Origin: Promethearchaeota archaeon
GTDB taxonomy: Archaea > Asgardarchaeota > Lokiarchaeia > Sigyniarchaeales > SOKP01
Length of the DNA: 64,000 bases
Direction of reading: 5' to 3'
Assembly (NCBI GenBank): GCA_048937405.1
Contig: JBHLNF010000001.1
Location: 848,785-912,784, forward strand
This document shows, piece by piece, positions 10,143 to 18,874 of the stretch. The notes below the pieces were generated by a model, which was not told where the DNA came from, made no database searches, and saw only the letters and a list, made by a program, of their open reading frames with translations. A program made the translations under genes and the position numbers. The stretch's first letter is position 1, and each line of letters opens with the position of its first letter.

Positions 10143-11381
10143 TTGAATCTATATGAGGAAAATGCTGCTATAAATCATATAAAATCATTAAGGTTTCCAC
10201 GTTATGCTGCAACTGAGGGAGAAACCAAAGCTATAAATTACATCCGAAAGCAACTAGATAAAGAAAATATTGAAATTAATATAGAATCTTTTGAATGGTC
10301 AAAATCATTTATTATTTTAAGAAAATTGATTTTTTTGTGGATATTCTTATTTATTTTGGGAAGTGAGATATTGTTGTTATTTCCTGATTTTTCATGGCTA
10401 ATTTTACCTCTTGATGGTTTGTTTTTTCTTGTTTTATTTTTAGTAGGTAAAAATTTATTTGATTATTCAAGGAATATATCCTTTGGAAAGAAGAAAGAGT
10501 CAAAAAATATTATAGCTATCATACGGGCTAAAAATTTATATCCCAAAAGACCTGTTATTATTTTTTCAGCTCATTATGATTCTGTTTCTAATAATTTTCC
10601 ACACAAGTTGACAAAAATATTGCTTCTTTCTGCAGTGTTTTTATTACTCTCATATATAATAATTAACTTAACCCTTTCAATTTGGTCTATTATTATTTTA
10701 TCAAATATAATTCAAATTGAATTTATTTATTTAGGAATAAGAATGATTTCCTTAATCATAGGAATCATATTGCTTGTAGAAATACTGATATCATTTTTTA
10801 TGAAATCTACCAATATATCTGTTGGAGCTATTGATAACGCATCTGGAATAGCAATTCTTATTGAATTAGCGAAATTAATCAAAAAAAATCCTCTCGAAAA
10901 AATCGATGTGGTCTTTTTATGGTGTGGAGCCGAGGAAATGGGACTTTGTGGTTCGAAAAGTTATTGCTCTAACCATTTTGAAGAATTAGATTATGATTAT
11001 AACTTGAATAAATCATTCAATATAAATATAGATATGGTTGGTACTTACATAGGATTAATTGATGAAACGGGGTTATTTAAAAAGAAGAAATTAAATAAAA
11101 ACTTAAATTATGTTTTAAAAGCATCTGACACGCACAAAAGAATCCCTTCTGAAAAATCAAAACTCTCTTTTGGAACTGGAAGCAGTCATTTAGTTTTTAA
11201 AACCATTACAAAAAAAGAGGACAAGAAAGGGTTCCAAGTAACTTGTTTTTTATCAAAAAAAGATTCAAAATATATACATTCCAAGAAGGATATTCCTGAG
11301 TTATGTTCTGCTGAAAACCTAAATGGATGTATTGATATTTGCTATAATGCTATAAGAAGTCTCGATTCGAGAGTAGAATAA
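10143..11381 (+). CDS. M28 family metallopeptidase with TM segments
   Basis: SAHYDS, GAIDNASG, GAEEMG, NIDMVG, IHS..D motifs; TTG start. Confidence 0.85.
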   Translation: MNLYEENAAINHIKSLRFPRYAATEGETKAINYIRKQLDKENIEINIESFEWSKSFIILRKLIFLWIFLFILGSEILLLFPDFSWLILPLDGLFFLVLFLVGKNLFDYSRNISFGKKKESKNIIAIIRAKNLYPKRPVIIFSAHYDSVSNNFPHKLTKILLLSAVFLLLSYIIINLTLSIWSIIILSNIIQIEFIYLGIRMISLIIGIILLVEILISFFMKSTNISVGAIDNASGIAILIELAKLIKKNPLEKIDVVFLWCGAEEMGLCGSKSYCSNHFEELDYDYNLNKSFNINIDMVGTYIGLIDETGLFKKKKLNKNLNYVLKASDTHKRIPSEKSKLSFGTGSSHLVFKTITKKEDKKGFQVTCFLSKKDSKYIHSKKDIPELCSAENLNGCIDICYNAIRSLDSRVE

Positions 11382-11482
11382 CTTATTTAAATTCTAGAAA
11401 AAATACTCTTTAACAATTTTACCTTATATACATAAATTTTAAGTTCTAGGAGATATTTTTACACATTATATTAAATATTATT

Positions 11483-11926
11483 TTGGTGACAAAAGAAGTG
11501 CCAAAAGGATTATACTCTGCAAGAAAACTTAAAGCAAATCGAAAAAAATATCGTTGGTCCAAAACAAAATACAAAAGAAGAAAACTCCAATTAAAGAAAA
11601 AGGTTGACCCTCTTGAGGGTTCTTGCCAAGCTCTTGGAATTGTACTTCAAAAGGTTGGACGAGAGAGTAAGCAACCAAATTCAGCAATTAGAAAATGTGT
11701 AAGGGTTCAGTTGAAAAAGAACGGAAAAGGTGTGACTGCCTTCCTTCCGGGAGATGGAGCTCTTAACTTCATCGAGGAACATGATCGAGTAATAGTCGAA
11801 GGAATCGGAGGCGCAAAAGGTAGAAGTATAGGTGACCTTCCTGGTGTAAGATATAAGGTTGTGAAAGTAAATGGTGTAAGTCTTGAAGCACTTTTATCTG
11901 GAAAAAAAGAGAAACCATTACGATAA
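11483..11926 (+). CDS. rps12: 30S ribosomal protein S12 (uS12)
   Basis: [20 protein letters not shown]. Confidence 0.98.
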   Translation: MVTKEVPKGLYSARKLKANRKKYRWSKTKYKRRKLQLKKKVDPLEGSCQALGIVLQKVGRESKQPNSAIRKCVRVQLKKNGKGVTAFLPGDGALNFIEEHDRVIVEGIGGAKGRSIGDLPGVRYKVVKVNGVSLEALLSGKKEKPLR

Positions 11927-11940
11927 AAAGGTTAATATAT

Positions 11941-12558
11941 ATGAGTAAAACAAAGAAGGAAATAAGACTCTTCAACAAATGGCCATTTGATGATATTCAA
12001 ATTAAAGATATAACACTTAAAAATTATATAAATTTAAAACCTATTATTATTCCTCATTCTGCTGGTAGACATGAGCACAAAAGATTTTGGAAAACTTCTA
12101 AAGTCTCTATAATTGAAAGATTCGCAAATAGATTACTATCTCCAGGATACATAGGGAGTAAAATTAAAGGTCATAAAAGTTCTTATAATTCAGGTAAAAA
12201 AAGTAAACTAATTAAGAGTATAAAAAATGCGTTTATCTTGATCGAATTACTAACCAATCAAAATCCTATTCAAATCCTAATAGATGCTATAGTTGCAACT
12301 GCACCTCGAGAAGAGACCACTAAAATTGCAATGGGAGGAATTAGTTATGCATCAGCTGTGGATATTGCTCCACAACGCAGAGTTGATCTTGCTATCAAAT
12401 ATCTCTCTCAAGCCATAAGTGCTAGGTCTCACTCAAATGAAAGGCAATTCGAAGAAAATTTAGCTCAAGAATTAATCTTAGCATCAAAAAATAGTCAAGA
12501 ATCAAGGGCGATAAAACGCAAAGATGAGATAGAGAGAATAGCTGTTTCTGCTAGATAA
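11941..12558 (+). CDS. rps7: 30S ribosomal protein S7 (uS7)
   Basis: PHSAGRH, PREETT, VDIAPQRRVD, ERIAVSAR. Confidence 0.98.
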   Translation: MSKTKKEIRLFNKWPFDDIQIKDITLKNYINLKPIIIPHSAGRHEHKRFWKTSKVSIIERFANRLLSPGYIGSKIKGHKSSYNSGKKSKLIKSIKNAFILIELLTNQNPIQILIDAIVATAPREETTKIAMGGISYASAVDIAPQRRVDLAIKYLSQAISARSHSNERQFEENLAQELILASKNSQESRAIKRKDEIERIAVSAR

Positions 12559-12611
12559 TAAAATAATTTTATGAAGTTATTTTATTCATATTAGAATAAG
12601 AAAAAAAAATT

Positions 12612-13283
12612 TTATTGTAAGGCACCACAAAATACGCAATATTTAGCTTCAGGTTTCGCAGGTGCTCCACATTGTTCACACGTATTTGTATAACCCTCAA
12701 CACTAAATTTAACATGAGTTGAAGAACCATGGATAACTTCAACTTCGCTTAAATTTGTTCCACATTTTACACAATATTTTGGGTTACCTTTTACTTTCAC
12801 ACCGCAAGAGGGACATTTCATAAGAATACTCGTTCCACATTCTTGACAGTAATCCCTATTTTTTTCGAATTTTCTTCCACATTTAGGACAATATTTTACT
12901 TCCCCAGCACCGTATTCTAATATTGTGGGTACAATCGATAGAATAAATAAAGTACCAACAGGTATTATAGGAATCCAAATCTCATCAATAGTAAACACCT
13001 CTCCAACAATTAAAGCTGCCATAACAATTACAGTTATCCAAAATATTGCCCAAATTCCAATTATACCAATCCTTTTCTTGTTTTCAGAGTTAAAATCTAT
13101 AATTGAAGCAGTAATAGCGATTACTAGAACAACTCCAATAGGAATTATTGGAATCCAAATCTCATCAGTAGTAAACACATCTCCAATAACTAAAGCTGCC
13201 ATAACAATTGAAACAATTCCAAAAATAACCCATAATCCTATTGTTCCTATACTTAATTTCCTCTTAAGTTCTTTAGATGGCAA
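12612..13283 (-). CDS. Membrane protein with duplicated 2-TM unit and three zinc ribbons
   Basis: VMAAL(V/I)xGxVFTxDEIWIPIIP twice; six CxxC pairs. Confidence 0.75.
   Translation of the reverse strand: MPSKELKRKLSIGTIGLWVIFGIVSIVMAALVIGDVFTTDEIWIPIIPIGVVLVIAITASIIDFNSENKKRIGIIGIWAIFWITVIVMAALIVGEVFTIDEIWIPIIPVGTLFILSIVPTILEYGAGEVKYCPKCGRKFEKNRDYCQECGTSILMKCPSCGVKVKGNPKYCVKCGTNLSEVEVIHGSSTHVKFSVEGYTNTCEQCGAPAKPEAKYCVFCGALQ
12970..13210. repeat. Intragenic direct repeat, 180-nt period
   Basis: ggaatccaaatctcatcaRtagtaaacac...taaagctgccataacaatt at ~12971 and ~13151. Confidence 0.8.
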
Positions 13284-13420
13284 AAAATAACCTTTTAGTT
13301 TATAAAATTGTAAAAATTAATTTTTATAATGTTATATTTTCCTTTAGTATTAAATAAAATAGGAGTCTAATTTTTCAATTCTATTAAAATTAGGAATATA
13401 GAATTAAGGAAAAAAACTAA

Positions 13421-14902
13421 TTATTTTCTGAATGTATAATCTAAAACCGTGCCAATAATTACTAATATAAGGAAAGTACTAATAGAAACATTTTGAATCA
13501 AATACTCGCTAGGTGGGAGAATTCCAATGTAAAGTATTGTAAGAATGAATGAATATACTAGAAATGAAGTCCAAAGCGCCAATATTGTTGTTTTAACTGT
13601 TTTTTTTAAGGTAATACTAAGTATTAGTCCAATAGCAGCATAAATAAGAATTATAATTAAAGGGATTGGTACCCAATCAATTAGAGGTGGAGTTAGCCAA
13701 ACATACATAGTATATACTACTACAGGAAATATTAAGAAAAAGTTTACATAATACAACAAACGTCTCATTATCCTTTTTTCTTGATCTATTTTATACCATA
13801 AAACTCCAAAAGGAATAAATATGATCCAAGCATAAATTAAGAGTAATGCATCAAAAAAGGTAAATCCAACATTTATCAGATAATGTGTACCACTCCATGC
13901 AACGATCATTCCGTATCCTAAAATTTGTGTAAGCAAAATATGATATGTTGACTTTCCAATTAATGAAATCATCCGTGAAAATCTATTTTCCGAATATTGA
14001 GGTAATATAATCATTACCATTAGTACTAATACTGCTGAATAAGGGAATACTAAGAAATGATAATCTCCTCTGATTAATGGAATATCATTAATCATAAGAC
14101 GAAATCCAAAAAATTGGTAGTAAATGATATATGTCAAACTAATTGGGAATAAAATCCAAATAAATAAATTACGTCTTGAAAAAGGTTTAGGATTAAATGA
14201 AAACCAAAGCCCTAGACCAATTGCAGATAGATAGAATGGAAAACTTGTCATAAATATGCCAAGTAAATGAAATTCTTCCCAAGATGTAATTTCACCTATA
14301 AAAAAAAATACTATTAATTGAAGTACAATTTCAACAATAAAACATATGATTAATGTAAGGATTTGTTTCTTTGTAAAAGCCCAATAAACTAATGGAAAAA
14401 TTATAATAGATCCAAAAATTACAGGTATAAACCAATTTCCAGGACCCCAAAATGGTAAAATACCAGTAAATAATTGTATAAATCCATGATCCGGATAATA
14501 TTGTCCATGATACATTGCTGTAATATTAAATTGATAAAGAATTAGCCCTATTAATGTAGAGAAAGCATATAATACTAGAAAAGGAATAACATATCTTAAG
14601 ATTTTACTTTTAAAATAACTCCATGAGTATAATTCATTCAACTTAGCAAGTCCTTTCCTCTGAAAAGAAATACCCATATTAAATCCCATTATAACTAAAA
14701 ATACAGGAATTGATATGCGTTCCCATAATGTCACTCCAATCTCACTTTTAATCCCCCAATCTACTATATGATCAAAGATCACTAAAAAGATCATTACTGC
14801 CTTTAAAAAATCTATTTGGAAAAAATTTTTCCCTCTTTCTTCTAAAATTTCTGTATCTTTTTGAATTAAAACTAATTTAGTCAATGGTTTTCTTTTTGAC
14901 AT
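13421..14902 (-). CDS. Acyltransferase-3 (OafA-like) integral membrane O-acyltransferase
   Basis: IDFLKAVMIFLVIFDH, ISIPVFLVIMGF, NWFIP, IGKSTYHILLTQ; extra C-terminal TM helices. Confidence 0.8.
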   Translation of the reverse strand: MSKRKPLTKLVLIQKDTEILEERGKNFFQIDFLKAVMIFLVIFDHIVDWGIKSEIGVTLWERISIPVFLVIMGFNMGISFQRKGLAKLNELYSWSYFKSKILRYVIPFLVLYAFSTLIGLILYQFNITAMYHGQYYPDHGFIQLFTGILPFWGPGNWFIPVIFGSIIIFPLVYWAFTKKQILTLIICFIVEIVLQLIVFFFIGEITSWEEFHLLGIFMTSFPFYLSAIGLGLWFSFNPKPFSRRNLFIWILFPISLTYIIYYQFFGFRLMINDIPLIRGDYHFLVFPYSAVLVLMVMIILPQYSENRFSRMISLIGKSTYHILLTQILGYGMIVAWSGTHYLINVGFTFFDALLLIYAWIIFIPFGVLWYKIDQEKRIMRRLLYYVNFFLIFPVVVYTMYVWLTPPLIDWVPIPLIIILIYAAIGLILSITLKKTVKTTILALWTSFLVYSFILTILYIGILPPSEYLIQNVSISTFLILVIIGTVLDYTFRK

Positions 14903-15214
14903 TGTTTCAGGTCAACCTTTAGTAAAAATTTAAAATTTATTTAATAAATTATTTGAAGCTTATTAAAATATAAAAAATATACAGTCCAATTTTTATAATT
15001 AGAAAATATGTAAAAATTAAATTACCATTTATATAATTTTTACAGGTTAAACTAATCTAAAGAGAAGATTAATCTTTTTAAAATATAGATTCATATCACC
15101 CACATATTATCTAAAATCATTTATAACTTAGAAAAAACCTAAATTTTTAAATAAAATTTGAACACATTATTTATTTAAGTAGATTAAAAAAAGAATATAG
15201 AGAATTATATAAAA

Positions 15215-17203
15215 TTGGGTGCCGACAAAAATCAATCACTTTTAGAAAAACAACTAAAGACATTAGGTCAAAAGATTAGAATTGACATATTAAAAAAATT
15301 AAAAAAAAAACAATCTCCAATATCATTTTCAAAGTTACAAAAAGAAGTTTTAGGTCATAATCTTTCATCCATAAATTTATCTTTTCATTTAAACACATTG
15401 AAGGAGAGTGAATTAATTCTAACTTCTGATGAAGGATACTCCATTTCACTTTTAGGCGAAAAAATAATTGAAAAGATTTTGTCTATTGAAGAAATCCTTA
15501 ATAAGCAAAAAAATGCACAAATGATTCGAACCTCGAAATATTCGAAAGAATTATTTGATACAAGTAAGATTGAGGAATATCTTGTAAACGAGGGAGATTT
15601 AGAGCGATATTTAGCTAAACAAATATCTCATGAAGTAGAAGAACGTCTTTCTAAAACAAATATAGAATATATGACGGCTCCTTTAATGCGTGAATTTATT
15701 AATGTTGTTTTACTTGAAAATGGATTAGAAGAGGTTAGACACAGATTAACTCGATTGGGAACGCCCCCATTTGAAGTATTTCGGCTATTTGAATCTAAAG
15801 AAAAAGAGTTTTCACCAGAAACCTTTATAAAAAGACTAGGATCTGATGTTTCTGAGCAATTTTTACTGTTAAATCTACTTTCTAAAAATTTAGCTGATTT
15901 ATATTTGTCTGGTGAAATTGCACTATTACATTTAAATTATTGGAGCTTAAGACCATTAAGTATTTATATTAATTCTAAAACTCTAATTGATTATTTTTCC
16001 AAAAAGAATTCAATAAATCTCAAAAATGATATTAGTAGGAGTAAAAAAAACAGATTAATTTCTCAATTTATTGATATTTTATATCTTTTGAAACATTTTT
16101 ATTCAGAAGATTTACTATTAGGAGAATTCAACAAATATTTTCTATCGTGTTTTGCTTCACCTAAAATAAAACAATCCCATTTCAATATATTAGCATCCCA
16201 ATTACTCCGATTCAATACTTTTCTTAATGATGGTAAATCCCATTTATCTTTAGGATTCAATAACAATGGAAAAATCCCTGAAAATATTTTTAATCTTTCT
16301 CGTGTTGATAAGGAATTTTACAATTCCATGGTGTTTCAAAGCAAAGATCGCATTATGCCCTTATTACTTTCAAATATATTTGATAATAATTTATTGGATC
16401 CACAAGATAGTCTTTTAAAAAATTATATTGCAGAAAAAAATAATGGAGATCTCTTTCTGTGCAATTCAAATAATGAAACATTGTTGAATTCCTCTATAAT
16501 TCAAATACCTGACACTTACAATAACATGATTATATTAGATAAAATTCTAATAAATTTACACAGAATATCTGAAGAAGCAAAACAAAATGATGATAAATTT
16601 TTAGAATTATTGGAAAACAAGTTGAATTCTGTATTTGAATTCTTTAAATATAAAGAAAAATTGGTAAGAAAAAAGTTATATCCTCTTAAACAGTGGATAT
16701 TCTTTGTTTCAGAAATTCTAAATGAACAATGCGAGGATCTACTAAGGAAATCCCTGAAATCTATCAGTTTTTTCGGATTAAATGAAGCCATCCTTAATCA
16801 TTGTGGAATCGAACTCGACAGGACAGAAAATAGTAAGAAATTCGCATTTAATATTTTATCATTAATGAAAGAATTAATTGAGGAAAAAAATGAATTGGAT
16901 GATAATAATTTTATTCTGAGTCAACCTCATTACGATTCATATCTAAAAGATACATGGTATAATGGTAATTTACAATTAAATAAAGAAAAAAACCAATATT
17001 CCTCAAAATTGATAAGGGGAGGAACAAATCTTTCTCTGAATAAAAAGATATCCCTCTTTAAAAAGTTTCAAAAAATTATCAATGGTGGTACATTGTTTAT
17101 AGAAAAAATTAATAGAGATGAATTATCAGTTGAGGAATTATTAAAAAATCTTTTTAAATCTGAAGTAAAGGTTATATCTATTAAGGATTGTTTTTTTGGA
17201 TAG
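15215..17203 (+). CDS. ArsR-type wHTH + ATP-cone + degenerate NrdD (class III RNR)-like domain
   Basis: LSFHLNTL wHTH; IRTS...FDTSKI...LVNEG...TAPLMREFIN ATP cone; RLTRLG.P, INLHRI, ISFFGLNEA NrdD-like segments; no C-terminal glycyl-radical motif. Confidence 0.75.
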   Translation: MGADKNQSLLEKQLKTLGQKIRIDILKKLKKKQSPISFSKLQKEVLGHNLSSINLSFHLNTLKESELILTSDEGYSISLLGEKIIEKILSIEEILNKQKNAQMIRTSKYSKELFDTSKIEEYLVNEGDLERYLAKQISHEVEERLSKTNIEYMTAPLMREFINVVLLENGLEEVRHRLTRLGTPPFEVFRLFESKEKEFSPETFIKRLGSDVSEQFLLLNLLSKNLADLYLSGEIALLHLNYWSLRPLSIYINSKTLIDYFSKKNSINLKNDISRSKKNRLISQFIDILYLLKHFYSEDLLLGEFNKYFLSCFASPKIKQSHFNILASQLLRFNTFLNDGKSHLSLGFNNNGKIPENIFNLSRVDKEFYNSMVFQSKDRIMPLLLSNIFDNNLLDPQDSLLKNYIAEKNNGDLFLCNSNNETLLNSSIIQIPDTYNNMIILDKILINLHRISEEAKQNDDKFLELLENKLNSVFEFFKYKEKLVRKKLYPLKQWIFFVSEILNEQCEDLLRKSLKSISFFGLNEAILNHCGIELDRTENSKKFAFNILSLMKELIEEKNELDDNNFILSQPHYDSYLKDTWYNGNLQLNKEKNQYSSKLIRGGTNLSLNKKISLFKKFQKIINGGTLFIEKINRDELSVEELLKNLFKSEVKVISIKDCFFG

Positions 17204-17773
17204 TGAACTACACACAGCCTAAAAGCTGTGGCTTCCTACGAGTACACAACCGCTTCTAGTACGGGTTGGTCTGTATATCGTAGAAAACCATTCCATCGTG
17301 TCAGGAATGATTCCTCGTCCACAGAGGGTTTATGCGATAGGAATTCATAGTAATACTTAAAAGTTAAAAATTAAGTCATGATATTGAGTACTGAGTTGAG
17401 ATCTCGGTCTACATGAGTTCCACAGTCACATATAATATTTCTTTTGAAGAATAACCTTATTTTCAGTTTTTTGCTTTTACAACAGGCTTTTGTATTCTTG
17501 GACTCATCAATTCTTATTACTCTTTTACCTATTTTTTCAGCTTTATAGGTTAAGAATTCGACAATCCTAGATATAAAACCTGTACTGTGAATCAAATTGT
17601 CAAGGATTTTGTGTGTTTTATTCTTTTTAGTATCACCTATTTCTTTTTTTTAAAGTTAGGTTCATTTTAATATATTAGAGAACAATTAGTTTAAAAAAAG
17701 GAGTGTTTAATCATTTAATGATTTCTTATCTTATCCTCAAATCAATCTTTCCTTAAAGAGAGGGATTTTTTTG
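17203..17773 (-). mobile_element. Internally deleted IS200/IS605 (tnpB) element with both ends
   Basis: Reverse complement matches the left-end region, start codon, 3' part and right end (GAAGCCACAGC-TTTTAG-GCTGTG..TAGTTCAC) of the element at 18875-20314. Confidence 0.85.
17371..17640 (-). pseudogene. tnpB: tnpB fragment (RuvC-II region, Zn finger, RuvC-III)
   Basis: VEFLTYKAEK..IDESK.TKACC...CDCG..DRDLNS closely matches the intact TnpB; N-terminal ~290 codons absent. Confidence 0.85.
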
Positions 17774-17810
17774 GATAATAAAATAAGAGATTTTTCAACT
17801 ATTTTTAGAA

Positions 17811-18728
17811 TTATTCAGTCATTAACTCAGTTAATAAAGCTTTTCTCATAGGTATCCCATAAAAAGTCTGTTTAAAGTAGATAGCCTTCTCTGAAGCGTC
17901 AACATCAGGAGATATCTCTAAAACTCGAGGTAAAGGATGTAATAACCTGAAATTATCTTTTGTGTCTTTTAGATCATGTTCTCTAAATATATAAAAATCT
18001 TTTAACTTCTCGTATTCTTCAATATCCACAAATCTCTCTTTTTGGATTCTTGTCATATAAAGAACGTCTAATATATCTAATATTTTCCTATAATTCATTA
18101 TTTCTTTATATGGAACTTGTCGTTGTTGCAAAAAATCTTTATCTCGATTTCTCATCCTTAAGCTTTCTGGACTAATGAAATAAATATTTACATCAAAATT
18201 TGATAATAAAATTGAGAGTGAATGTACTGTCCTTCCATATTTAAGATCACCCATTATTCCAATATTCAAACCATCTAATGGGCCAATTTCTTCAGTGATG
18301 GTTAATAAATCTAATAATGCTTGGCTAGGATGTTCTCCACTTCCAGATCCTGCATTTATAATAGGAACTTTTGAAAATTTAGAGGCCATTCTAGCGGCTC
18401 CTTCAAGTGAATGCCTCATCGCTATACAGTCGCTATAATTTTCTACAGTTCTTATTGTATCTGCAATAGTTTCGCCCTTTTTTATAGAAGATACATCGCC
18501 TGAGTGGAATCCGATAACACTTCCTCCTAATCTATACATAGCAGATTCAAAACTAAGACGAGTACGAGTAGATGGCTCAAAAAATAATGTAGCCAAAATT
18601 TTCCCCTGAAGGAGATTTGAATTTTTAATGTGAATCATTTCACTGGCCTTCTTTAGTATATATTCAATATCTTCTCGATCAAATTGCTTCGCACTTATGA
18701 TACCTTCGCTAAATTTCTCTTTGAACAT
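17811..18728 (-). CDS. pyrB: Aspartate carbamoyltransferase catalytic subunit
   Basis: FFEPSTRTRLSF, HPSQALLD, GDLKYGRTVHS, HPLPR. Confidence 0.97.
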   Translation of the reverse strand: MFKEKFSEGIISAKQFDREDIEYILKKASEMIHIKNSNLLQGKILATLFFEPSTRTRLSFESAMYRLGGSVIGFHSGDVSSIKKGETIADTIRTVENYSDCIAMRHSLEGAARMASKFSKVPIINAGSGSGEHPSQALLDLLTITEEIGPLDGLNIGIMGDLKYGRTVHSLSILLSNFDVNIYFISPESLRMRNRDKDFLQQRQVPYKEIMNYRKILDILDVLYMTRIQKERFVDIEEYEKLKDFYIFREHDLKDTKDNFRLLHPLPRVLEISPDVDASEKAIYFKQTFYGIPMRKALLTELMTE

Positions 18729-18874
18729 TTAAAATCTCATTCAATATGTTTTTATTAACATTATGTAAATAAGATTTAAATTATTTTTTATTATGTGATG
18801 TTTATTCGAATAAAACCAATAGAACTAAAAAAATTTAAAATTTATGAATAATTATTATTTTTTTCATAAAAGCT

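Noticed and set aside
15215-17203. Functional anaerobic ribonucleotide reductase, or one truncated by the IS
   Set aside because: Catalytic Cys and Gly-radical motifs are absent, and no room for the missing domain exists beyond the IS
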